A DNA stretch of 64,000 bases from Lama glama (Eukaryota): NCBI GenBank assembly GCA_028534125.1, contig CM052818.1, positions 2,792,001 through 2,856,000 of the forward strand. The letters are read 5' to 3'. Of the stretch, positions 26,214-37,649 are shown piece after piece (the first letter of the stretch is position 1; the number at the start of each line of letters is the position of its first letter). The position numbers were made by a program, and so were the translations under genes. The notes under the pieces are model-generated. The model saw only the letters and a program-made list of their open reading frames with translations, did not search any database and was not told where the DNA came from.

Positions 26214-26325
26214 TCCATCTATCTGTCTTCTATATTCCTTTTCATATTCTTTTTCAATATAGGCTATTACAAGATATTGACTATCGTTCCCTGCGCTACA
26301 TAGAAGGACCTTGTTGTTTTTTATG
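26128..26325 (-). mobile_element. L1 3'-end fragment containing (TCTA)11
   Basis: tgtgttaatttctggtatacagcacagtgattc...tattacaagatattgactatcgttccctgcgcta. Confidence 0.8.
26169..26212. repeat. (TCTA)11 tetranucleotide microsatellite
   Basis: Read directly. Confidence 0.95.
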
Positions 26326-29088
26326 TCTTTTGAGCTTTGGTCTTCTCATCCTAGTCTGGTCCTGCCTTATGATATGCTCCTGCTTCCCAGAGGAGGGAGT
26401 ACCTCCTCAGCGGAACGTGGATGTATCCTGTCTGGGAGCCGCGCATGTCAGTCTGTCCTGCTGCCATAGCTCTCGAGACACCGTGCCTGGCACAGGCAGG
26501 CATGACAGCCAACAGACCTTATCTGCTGAGTCAGGGTGTCAAGGGGCTGCCCTGAAGCCCTGAGGCCCGTTCTCCTGCCTCATCCCTTGGCTTCCCGATT
26601 AGGTAGATGACCTGCCGCCTCCATGGGAAGGGCAGCCTCAAAGTTGGTGACACTCACTTCCAAGATGGGCCCCCATCCTTCATCAATTCTAAGGCACACT
26701 TTGCCCTCACAGTTCAACATTCCTGAAATTGGGATGTGTCCTCCAATTAATGATGACTTATAATTAGCAGCGTTTTTCCTTTTTTAGTAATATTTAAAAT
26801 AATGTTGTTAATTAACCAATAATGGCCTAGATTTGAAGAACTACAGTGATGCCAATGTTTACTTTTTTTTATCCCTCAGCATAAAAGCAGTATCTCTCTG
26901 CCTTCACTTCTGAGGCTGGTATCAAATGTCTTCCGTGTGCTCACCTGTGACTTGCCTCCCATGTCATTTCTTCAAGCAGGAGGCATCCGGGATCTGACAG
27001 TCCTCGAATTGTTACCATGGTGTTTACCTTTCATCCCTCCTTCCTAAATCTTATCAAACGTTTTATGGATTCTCAGGAAGTTATGAAGAAAAGGGTCACA
27101 TTTTAAGATTTGTGGGTTCACCTAAGTGTTCGTTTTTTTGAGTTTGATGTTAATAGACCAATCACCCTGTGACAGAGAAATGAGTTTGATTGAACATCAC
27201 TAAATTTTCTATAAAAGGAATGTATTTTACTTAGATATGGGATCAGGCTTACATCCCATTTTCTTACATTTAATATGGCCCGATCCAGAAGGAAGGGGGG
27301 CGGGGAATATGGATACCCAGAAAGAAAAGGAAGTGAGCTTGGTGAGCCCATGGCATTGTCTCTGACACATGGACATGCAAACATACACACAGAAGCTGAA
27401 GTAGCTCTTTCCTTAATATCTTCATGATAAAATCCAAACCACACAGGATCATAGGTGGGATCATGGACAGAAGTGAAAGGTCAAACAACATGCGTGCTAT
27501 TTTTTCCATCTCGTTCCTGACTCACTGTGACACTCTGAGCGTGATTGCTTGGGCTTTGGGATGTCACTTCATGGATGTTCCAGAGGCCAGCTGGGTTCCC
27601 ACGTGAGCCTTTGGACCCTCCCACCGTTTAACATGTTCCTTCCAGTTAGCACTATCCCCTCTTCCCGGGCCTATCAACTCTCCTCCTCTCCCTCCCCAAA
27701 CCAGCAAGTCCCAAGTCCTATTGAAACTTGTGAACTTTTACAGCTCCCTCAATAGGGAGAGGAGCGGGATGGTGTCAGATCCCCTTCAGATCCTAGATGC
27801 AAGGTGTTCTTTTAATTTTCTCTTGAGCCCAGTTAGTGGGAAAAAAGTCCCAACAAAACCAATTAAGAAAACCCAACATAACAATTTTGACCTGAATGTG
27901 CTAAAAGAGCATTTTTTTCTACCTCTGTGGCCTAGGATATGGTTTATTCTACTAAACATAGAAAGACATCATCCAATAGCTGTTCCCCTGGATGTCTTGG
28001 CTTGGATGTGGGGATGGGGGCAAGGGCAGTCCTGCCACATGACTCAGTGGGTTACACTTCAATTTTCTGTTGAAGGACAAATGCTCTCAGATTAGGCCAA
28101 AAAGCTGCATCAACTGTTTTATGTTTGAACCTGACCAAGGAGAAACTTTTCAAAATACAGCTCCATTGGTTTTTATGTACAGTCTTGCTGGAAGGCAAAA
28201 GGTAGACCAGATGACCACTTAAAAGTATCTATGACTGATTCCAGGACAGCCTGAGGTGTGGAACAGTGAATCAGAGGACGTGTCAGTTCAATTAGACAGC
28301 CTTTTTGATGAGCTTTTATCCACATAGTATGCAAGTTTGGCTGACCTCTTCGCTGGAGGGACTGGGTATTTGAAGGCTGAGCTCAGCCATCCTGCATGTT
28401 CAGCACTGTATGCATCACCGGGGCTTCCTGAATCCCCCTTCCTTTCCTTTTATTGACGGCATGAAGTCCACATGGTTTTGTGACTGGTGGCAGGCGTATC
28501 TGGCAAGTGGGTTAAAGCTCACGCTGGCGCTTCAAGTTCAGGACCTCCCGGGGACCCCACCACTCACGAGCTTGTACTGGAGCACTGCCCCCTAGTGTCG
28601 TAATGATTTATGTACCTCCCAGGTCTGTAATGATACCTCCCAGTATTGTAATGATCCCAGTAGCCCCGTGGCCTGGATCAAGTCACTCCATTTCCTGAGC
28701 CTCAATTTCCTCATATGAAAAGCAGGATGATGGCCCTTCACCACAGCGCTGATGAGAAGGGCTGGGTGCAACACTGCCACCTATTCGGGCTTAATACCCC
28801 CGATTTTTTTTTTTTAAGTCAAATAATGTCTTCCTTCTTAGGCCTGCAGCAGTCAGCAAGTTAAAGGATTCTTCCAGCCAAAGGGGTTTTCAGAGATGGA
28901 CAGAGGGAGGCTGTCTCCTTCCTCCTTTTCCCTTTCTTCTTTTAAACTATTTTTGTCCTAGTGGTCACAGCAGTTAATACCTAATGCAGAACCATGGAAA
29001 ATTCAGAAGTGTGTGAAGAAGCTGATGACAAGCTTCAGCCATAATCCATCCCACCATCCAGAGACATGAGCTTTCTCTTTATCTGAAG

Positions 29089-29208
29089 AGACCAGGTTGG
29101 GTGTGGTCCTGTCCCTCATTCAACAGTCTCCATTTACTCTGCAAAGTTAACAGCAGCCAGGCCTTGAGCAGCTCCTCCCTCACTTTTGGGAGTTCCATTC
29201 CGGGATCG
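29089..29208 (+). other. ADD2: probable non-coding 5' UTR exon of ADD2 (~120 nt)
   Basis: Acceptor ctttctctttatctgaag| and strong donor TCG|gtgagt. No ATG, and a TGA in frame with the CDS after splicing. Size and position agree with my recollection of a ~120-nt human ADD2 UTR exon. The start is uncertain because of tandem AGs. Confidence 0.6.
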
Positions 29209-31959
29209 GTGAGTCTGGGCTCTGACTTCGAGTCTAGTGCCGTGCTGTCCTAGTCTGGAGCTGACCCCGGGGGCCGGGGGCATGGACCTTTAGAGGCTGG
29301 TACCACCCAGGGGGAGGCTGTGCCTGTGGCAGCCGTGGGAGCTGCGGGGAGAGGACCACTTGCAGCATCTTTCCACTTTGGGCTCAGGATGCCGAGGGGT
29401 GCAGGCTGTCTGTTCTGTCTGCACACTTCCCACTGAAGTGGCAGCAGACAGGCGCACCTGCCTCTCTTGTGCGCGCACGGGGCTTCACAGATTTTAACAG
29501 AAAGTCAGACAACTTAGGAATCTGCTACTCTTAGACCTTCTGTTCCTTTTATATCTACAAGGAACAGCCCGTAGAAATGTGATTTCATGCTCCAGTGGTT
29601 ACATATACCTGGTCTTCAGTGGGACAGGGAAGAAAGTGACCTGTGACAGGGAGCGTCTTTCATGATTTGTGAACTCTGGCTGCTCTCCTAAGAGGGTGAA
29701 TCCCAAGCCAAGTCTTGGCTGAGTGGGCTCAAGAGTGTGAGGGTACAAACTGGAGATGGAGAGGAAGCAGAAGGTCCTGGGGACAGGGGCAGGGGAGGGG
29801 CTGCTGGAAGCAAGAGGTGAGAGGTGGAAAGAGGGGGCGGGGCTGAACTCTGCGGAACCACGGGGGTTGTGGCACATGGTATGTGGTGTCCTTTACCTTC
29901 TCTGTCTCCCCACAATGGGTGTTACATTGTGGAGATGGATTTGCTCGGAGTTGCAATCAATTCCTGGAATTCTGCCTCAAAATAGTCAAGAAGAATGGCT
30001 GCCAGAGCAGACTCATTCGGGTTACATAACAAAAGGACATGCTATTTTGGAGGAGGCCGTTTAGGCACCAGGGTCCCTGCCACGCCCTCCCCATTATCAC
30101 TCAGCGCCTTACTCTGAAAAGGGCTGCTCAGGGATCTGTCTCCCCACGCTGTTCCCTGAGCTCCCCGGGGGGCCCCACTCACCTCTGGGCCCCCAGGGCT
30201 GGACAGTGCTGCTTTGCTGACCCATCCTAACTCACCCTTAGTTGAGTTTTAGTTCACCGTCTACCTGGCATCAGGCCCTATGGCAACTCGGGGAAGAGAG
30301 AAAATGGCAAAGACACAGGCCTGCCTGCTAGGAGCTCATGGTAAGAGGTTGGCTCCAGGGAGACATCAACATGGACAGAGGCACGAGGTGGGGACCAGCC
30401 TGGTGCCTGAGTCCTGGGAATAGCTCCTCCCACCACTGCCCCGTGTGCACCAAAGATACACAGGGAGGGTGGGCGCGGGGTCTGGGAGGCCCACGGGGCT
30501 TTGCACACCAGCTTAGGGGGCTTTGTCTTGAAGGGTTCAGTCCTTAAGTGAAACGAGTGGCCAAAAGGCAGGGTCCCCAGTCCCCTGGCTGGTGATGGGC
30601 AGGTTTGCATTTCCAACATGGCGTTCGCGTTCGGTTTGAAAGAGCAAAGTTAGAGTTAAAATTTTATATTTGATAAATATCAAAAGGATGGCTATCACTT
30701 TGGTAATACAATCTAAATTTGACTAGATTTGGGCTAGAGGAGCAGAAATTAGAAAAAAACGGTGGAGGAACACCATCCCAGGCGACAGGGAGCCATGGAT
30801 GGGGGGAGGGGATGCAGGGCAGTGACTGGCGGGCCTGGTTTGCGTTTTCAGAACAGCGACTCTGGCTACTGATTGGACAGTGAGGAGGTGGGGAGTGGAG
30901 TGTATGAGAGCAGAAAGGCCAGGCAGAGACCATGAAAGGGATGGGGAGAGGCTGGCTTGACTCCGGGTGGCGTGCTCTGGGTGAGGGCGCTTAAGACCAG
31001 AGAATTTGGTGACAGAGTAGGTGCACAAGGGAGAAGTCAAAGCTGCCTTCTGGGACCCTTGAGAGGTGGCCAGCTGGGTGGGGGGAAGGGAGGAGGCGCT
31101 GGCTGGAGGAGAGAGGCTCTGGTGTAGGTTTGGCCAGAGTGATGGTCTGTTCTGGCAGGTCATTTTTAAGGTGGCCGTGGGGCACTGGGGTCGGCCAAGG
31201 CCCTTGAGTGCCTGTGACTTGCCACAGTCTAATAAGCAGCCAGCCAGAGTGTTGTTTTTTTTTTTTTTACAGCACCATTAGGTGCTGATTTATTTTAAGG
31301 ACTGCTGGGAAATTCTTAAAAAGAGTCATGGTGGTGCAGACAACAACACCCTGATATTTGTCGTGTTTGTGTTTTCCAGTTTCCACCCGGATGTTTGAAA
31401 TCCCGTAGATGTGGTCAGCGACCCCGGGCGTGGAGCCGAGAGTGCAGGCTGAGCGCTGAGAAGAAGCAGCCTGGGACAAGGCTGATCCAGCCTCCTGGTA
31501 AATAGTCTGTAGCTTTTGGTGGTGATGGGGGTGGTGAGACACATTTTTTGGCTGGGTCCATTCTCACCAGGATGAGCTTCTAGACACTCAGGTCATTGCC
31601 ATGAACTCCCCCCATCCTGCTGACTCCAGAGCTACCGTGGAATCTGAAGGACCTTAGAGGTCACTAGTCTGACCCCCAGCAGGACAGAAGCCCCTCTACT
31701 GCATCCTGTGGTCACTCTGACTCCCAAGGAGAGAGCTCACCACCTAACAAGGCAGCCTGTCCGATCTTCTCATCACTGAGCAGCTCCTGCTGGTGGAAGG
31801 TTCACCCTCATATCCGCAGCTAGAATCTGCCTGCATGTAGCACTTGGTTCCCTGGTTCTGGCCCCTGAGGTTCTAAAGAATCAGCCTGATCCCTCCTCCA
31901 CATGGCAACCCAACAGATATTTGCAGGCAGTTGGAGTGAAGGAGTGCAGGATGGGGGGC

Positions 31960-32110
31960 CAGAGACAGGCCTGGTTGAAATCCTGACTCCACTATTCCCT
32001 GTGTGATCTGGGGCAAGTTAGTTAACCTCTCTGATTCAGTTTATCTGTAAAGCTGGACAATAATTTCTCCCTTTTAGAGTGGTCCTGGGAATGAAACTAA
32101 ATCACAAATA
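31960..32110 (+). mobile_element. MIR SINE
   Basis: aaatcctgactccact...tgtgtgatctggggcaagttagttaacctctctg. Confidence 0.7.
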
Positions 32111-32119
32111 GAAGTTGCC

Positions 32120-32870
32120 TGGTGCTGTTCCCTCACCAATTCTCTGACACTACCCTGAGTTACAGGGCACATAAGTGCAAAGGCAAGGTTATGGACAAGA
32201 CTCCTTCCACTTCAGGGGCCAGCTGCAGGTGTGGTCCCCTCACCACCTGCACTTCTGACCGACTTAACTATAAATTTGATGGTTCCCACAATCTCCCTCT
32301 CAGTTTCTATAATTCCCTGGGATAACTCACCGAACTCACTAAAAGCGCTGTAACAGCAATTACAGTTTTATTATAAAAGATCCAACTCAGGAATAGTCAA
32401 AAGAAAGAGGGGCAGGGTCAAGGGGTTGAGGGCAGGGTGCAGAGCTTCCACGCCCCCTCCTGGTGGGATCCGTCACTGCCCAGCGCTGCGGTGTGCTCAT
32501 GAACCAAGAAGCTCCCCCAGGCCTCGGTGTCCAGCATTCTTTAATGGGGCTGTGTGTGTTATTACTGGCATAAGTGATTAAATCATTTGCTACCTGACTG
32601 AATGCAGGCTGCAGCCCCCGTCCCCTCCCTCCCTCGGCAGTTGGGGTGGGCTGAAGTTCTAACCCTCTAATCACGTGCTCAGTCTTTCTTGGTGGCCAGT
32701 CTGTCCCTTGAAATGTCTTAAGTGCCCACTGCTAGTTACCTCATTTGCATAAAAACTCAGGTTTGGGGAAAGCGGCTCATTATGACTAACAAAAGATACT
32801 CCTCAGGTCTTCTGGACATTTTAGAAATCTCATGGTGTTTTGAAGCTCTGTGCCAGGAACCCGGGCCAGA
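32120..32870. mobile_element. MER21-like ERV solo LTR
   Basis: ccaattctctgacact, acaagactccttccacttcag, cacttctgaccgacttaactataaat, ggttcccac, gaaatctcatggtgttttgaagctctgtgccaggaacc. Confidence 0.7.
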
Positions 32871-32889
32871 GGCCCCATGTAGTCGTTCT

Positions 32890-32990
32890 CTTTTTCTTTT
32901 GTTTAATTGATGTATAGTTGATTTACAATGTTGTGTTAGTTTCTGGTGTACCGCATAGTGATTCACTTATATATAGACATATATGTCTTC
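32890..32990 (-). mobile_element. very short L1 3' terminal fragment
   Basis: aattgatgtatagttgatttacaatgttgtgttagtttctggtgtaccgcatagtgattca. Confidence 0.75.
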
Positions 32991-33309
32991 TTCTATCTCT
33001 GAATGACGTCACGCCTGACCCCACAAGTGCCGATCTCCTGTGATCTTTACACTGTTTCCCTCCCTTTTCTGGGATCTCCAGGTTGCTGTGTTCCCACTAT
33101 CTGGTCAGAGAACAAGGCATTCTCGTCGGTCTTTTTCTGGATTTTCTTTTTGTTAATATAGCTCGAGATTGAATTAGTTTGGGGACTAAAACATATAATT
33201 ACAGTTATTTAGTGTGCACCTGTTTACAATTGAATCATAAGCCTCTCATTACTTGAGTTTCTAACGCTACGATGAGTCTAGCCCCTCAATGGCACATAAT
33301 GAGAGCCAA

Positions 33310-33550
33310 TGCTAATAGCGCTTGCCTCACACCAGGCACTGTGTGAAGTACTTCACGTACATTAACTCACCTAATCCTCACAACAACCTAAAGAGGAGCT
33401 GAATAGTTGCAATCGCCATTTAATATATGGGGAAAGTGAGGCACAGAGAGGTTAGGTAACTTGCCCAAGATCACACAGCTCTTAAGGGGCATAGCTGAGA
33501 TTTGAGGTCTAGTTCCAGAGGCCATGCTTTTAACCACTAAGCTGTACTGC
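33310..33550 (-). mobile_element. MIR SINE, near full length
   Basis: ccaggcactgtg...aatcctcacaacaacc...gaggcacagagaggttaggtaacttgcccaagatcacacagct. Confidence 0.85.
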
Positions 33551-35609
33551 ACACAACTTTGATCACCTCCTAACATTTTGGGAATGGAAGGAAGGGGCAC
33601 AAAAGGATGCCTCTGGTTCACAAAGCCAAAGAGTTTGCCCAGGCCCTGGCTGTCTTGGTGAGAGAGTCAGGGTCTTCATGTCCTACCTCACCCCATCAGA
33701 GCATCTCTGGAGCAGCCCTATGGGCCTGGGCTCTAAGAAGTGAAGGCAGGCCCAGGGGCTCCTGTCCATCAGGCCCAGAACTTCTTCATTCCTCATGCTA
33801 TATAGGGGAGAGCTACTTCAGAGCCTTCCCAGACCTGTTCCTGGGAAATGCAGCCACTCCAAAGGGAAAGGAGAGGACTGACTTTTTCCTGCCTGGATGA
33901 ATAGGATTTAGGCCAGGAAGATTCAGCACCAGGCGGAGCCAGTCCCAGAGAAGCTGACAGCTCAGTTGGTTCTGAAGCTGGTGGGACTTGGTGTTGGAAG
34001 GAACGCAGGGATCTCCCCACTCACATCCAGTTTACCCATCGGGGGGTGGCTTGTTGCTATTTTTAAAGTAACATCAAAGACTTGGGGCTGTCAAGGTGCC
34101 AAAGAGAATTAAAAGGGTTGAGTACAGTGGAGTGATGTCTCTGGAAGAATTCTGGTTTGCAGCACTGTCTGCCCAGAAGGATCTGGGTGGTGACCCGATG
34201 TCTGCATGGCTCCGATGCGTTCCCACTGTGTTTGACCTCGCCGGCTCTTCTTACTGCCCAAGTACCAGAGATGAGGCTGGGTGGGAGCATGCTGAGGGTG
34301 AGGTATTCCCATGAGTATCCCATGCACGTGGGATTGACTTGCAACCACAAGGCAACTGTCAGGAGGTCATGTGTGTTCTTTGCATGTTTCTCTTTTGGCA
34401 TTTGGCTTGAGGGAGAGGCACTGGGGAAATGTAGAAAGAGGGTGTCTTGTTCCAGGAAACCTGGATCTTCTGTTCTTCTGCCTTCTCTACATAAATGTGT
34501 CTCTCTCCACATAGTGTCAGAGCTGGAAGAGGCCCCAGAAGTCCGCTGTGTTCACTCCCCCTTTTAGAGATGGACAAAATGAGACCCAAGTGGGCAATTA
34601 GTTGCCCAAGTCCATGCAGCTACAGAATGTCAGAACTGGGGCAACACTGCAAGCTCTGACGTCTAGTCCAGAGCTAATTCAACCAGAAACATTCCTGATG
34701 GACTCAGGCACTCGTTCTCTGCTTAGATGAAGAATCGAGCTTTCAGTGTCACTAAGTCCAACCTCAGTCATTCTAGCAACCTGCCAAATAGGTTTCCAAA
34801 TACTTCTTTGGTGAATGTTTATTTGGTTTGTTTGCTTTTGGCCACTACTCCCAGACGACTCCTTCCTCCATCCTCCACCCTCCATCTCATGGACATGGCT
34901 GGTAAGGGTAGTGCTAATTGGGGGAGATTTGGTAAGCGTTTTTATAAGGGATGAGTAATTAGTGGCAGAATGAAGGTCAGAGGTCGTGGTTTTTTAAACT
35001 TGTAAAAGTGTGTGTAGGGGAGGTTGTGGTGGCATTTGAATACAGATCCACCAGTAATTCTTTTCAAGAGGCCAAAGTCAAAGTTGGAGAAACGCACTGC
35101 GCAAAAATTCCCTGCCTTTTAGAATTTCCTCATTCTTTTTTCCCTTTCTCCTGTGGATTTCCCACCAAATGTTTTTAGGAGATTTCTTCGAGGGTTTACA
35201 TTTTAGATCAAGTACGAATTCCCAGTGAATAGCTTTACACTGCGTGGATAAGCCTCACAGAAATGGCCCCAAACGTCTGCAGGTCGCGCTCGCACTTGGG
35301 GACCGGTCTACTTGAACCGGAGTGTGGCCAGGGAAGCCGGGCGGTAGGGCAGGGAAGGGCGGTGGTCCCCAAGCCGGGGCCTTATTTTCACTTAGTCGGA
35401 CGGTGCTTTAGCGCCCCCTATAGGCCGGCAGTTGCCGGAGCCCTGCCCTCCAACCCAAGGCCCCGCTCACACCCTCCTGGAAGTAGCCGCAAGCCAGGGC
35501 GACTCCCCTCGAATCCAGGTCCTGTTTTAGGAGACGTGTACCCCGACTGGGAGCCCCTTCCTCCCTTCCCCGCAGGGTTCCAGGAGTGGACTGTACACCC
35601 AGCAGGACA

Positions 35610-35792
35610 ATGAGTGAAGAGACTGTCCCCGAGGCTGCCTCCCCGCCGCCCCCGCAGGGGCAGCAGTACTTCGACCGCTTCTCCGAGGACGACCCTGAGT
35701 ACCTGCGCCTTCGCAGCCGAGCCGCGGACCTGCGGCAGGACTTCAACCTGATGGAGCAGAAGAAGCGCGTCACCATGATCCTGCAGAGCCCG
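35610..35792 (+). CDS. ADD2: beta-adducin coding exon 1 (aa 1-61); exon starts at 35576 with 34 nt of UTR
   Basis: Acceptor cccttccccgcag|ggttcc; ATG at 35610; [17 protein letters not shown]...[10 protein letters not shown]; donor CCG|gtgggt. Confidence 0.97.
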
Positions 35793-35940
35793 GTGGGTGG
35801 GGTCTGCCGCGGGCGGGGCGGGGGAGGAGGAAGGAGGCCGGGGCTGGGGGAGTGGGGGGGTAGTGGGAGGGGAGGGGATGGGGGGGAGTGGGAGGGGAGG
35901 GGATGGGGGGGAGTGGGAGGGGAGGGGGTGGGGTGGGGGG
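35793..35940 (+). repeat. G-rich tract including ~3 copies of a 25-bp unit (agtgggaggggaggggatggggggg)
   Basis: Units start at 35862, 35887 and 35912. Confidence 0.9.
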
Positions 35941-37224
35941 AACGCTGATTCACCCAGCGAACCTGAAAGATAAGTAACTCCTCTTCCGCTTGCTCTGGGT
36001 CGGAGCAATTTTAAGCTCTCTGAGCACCGCGCTCTGGCAGCGTGGGTGTTTGAGCCTCTCCCTGGTCGCTGGCGGATGGCAAAACCTGGTTTCTGTGCAG
36101 CGGTTTGGCTCGGTGGTAGGAGGAGGTCGGTCTGAGAGACAGGAGCCCCATCTCGGTTTCTTGTGTCCTTTTGAACCTCAGTTTTCAGTCCTCCTTTCCC
36201 TCCTCACCAAAAACTAAGAGAGACCTAAGAGACATTTGTGTAAACCGGCTTCCAGCGTGGGGCGCCACGTAAGCGGCTTGGGGCCCTTTTCTGAACACCA
36301 CAAAGAACTGTGTCCCCAGCCCTCATGTAGGTGGGCTGCGTGTGACCCTGGTTGAGAGCACACAAGGAGCGCTCAGACCTCACAGGACAGCGCTAAGGGG
36401 AATGGGCCCGAGGTCTTGATGACAGGTGACACTGTGTCAGGAGAAATATGACAGGTGCTAAGAGCATTAGAATGACAGAAACCCTGAGTGTGACTAGAAG
36501 GGATGGCAGATGTGATAGAAGTGGCAGAGTTAGTACCAGCCGAGGTTTGGGAGGCCCCCAAGGACTAGACTCTTCTCAGGCAGGAGATGGGACAGGAGGA
36601 GCTCATGATGCTTGTATCCTTTTGTAGATCCCCCAACACCTGGGTTTCCTCCTGAGTGTCCCCGGCTGCCACCTGGTGGGCAGGCACGCCCTATTTGTGG
36701 CCAGAGGGTCTGAAAAGCCGGGCTTAGGGTAGCGGGATATCAGAGTGGAAGCGACCTCTGAGATGATCAAATCTTTTTGTGCATGAGGAAACTGAGGCCC
36801 AGAAGAGCCATAAGCCTGGCTAGTGGACAGGCAAGGTGGCACACTTTGTCATCCAGTTCTGCTTTTTAAAGTGTCTTTTAATTGCTAAAGTGAAGTCCTG
36901 CCATGTCTGATAGGGGGAGGGGTCTAGGTATCACTAAGACACAAGAAGGCCCTGGAATCTGGAGTATTGCCCACAGGACAAAGGGAAAAGGATAGGTTCC
37001 CAGCATCTCCTTGTTGCTGCCCACCCCCACCAACATCAGTTTGTTGAGGCTCCTGAGGTCCCAGTGGGACAGCCCAGTGCCCTCTGGGGCCCAGAGATTC
37101 CCACGTGAGGCCCTGGCCTAGCTGACCCAGGGGCGAGGGGTGGGCACTTGGAAGAGGGGCCCTGGGTTTCCTTCACTGGACGCAGTGGGAGAACCAGTGC
37201 CTCGGGTTTGGGGGGCTGCTTCAG

Positions 37225-37363
37225 TCTTTCAGGGAGGAGCTGGAAGGCCTCATCCAGGAGCAGATGAAGAAGGGGAACAACTCTTCCAACATCTGGGCCC
37301 TGCGGCAGATCGCGGACTTCATGGCCAGCACCTCCCACGCAGTCTTCCCAACAGCTTCCATGA
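37225..37363 (+). CDS. ADD2: beta-adducin coding exon 2 (139 nt)
   Basis: cttcag|[55 protein letters not shown]; donor TGA|gtacgt. Confidence 0.96.
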
Positions 37364-37649
37364 GTACGTGGAATCTGGGGAGCTGCCAGGAGCAGAGGTG
37401 GAGGGAGTTGAGGGGGTGGGAAGGAGCACTAAGAAGCAGCTCGGTTGCCAGGCTACGGAGTGGTGCAGCTGCATTAGGGGACCTGGGGGAGCTAGGCAGC
37501 CGTCCGAGGGGTACCTGGCTCTGCTTCTGATGCTGCTATGATTTAAAGGCCCAATGGAGAATTATCCCTGATGCCCGGGAATAGGGTGGGGGTGGTGATG
37601 ACTTAAGGGAGAGAGGAAAACAAAAATCACTGTACTTGAAAAACCAAGA

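Larger units (their letters stand above)
35270..36130. promoter_or_regulatory. CpG/GC-rich island spanning the ATG exon
   Basis: Visibly high GC and many CpGs relative to the flanks; not computed. Confidence 0.6.

Noticed and set aside
33922..33942. REST/NRSE site (TTCAGCACC...), also half-sites near 16685 and 36385
   Set aside because: Only isolated half-sites; none matches the full 21-bp motif.
35408..36008. Proline-rich minus-strand ORFs
   Set aside because: Antisense reading of the G-rich tract and the ADD2 exon.
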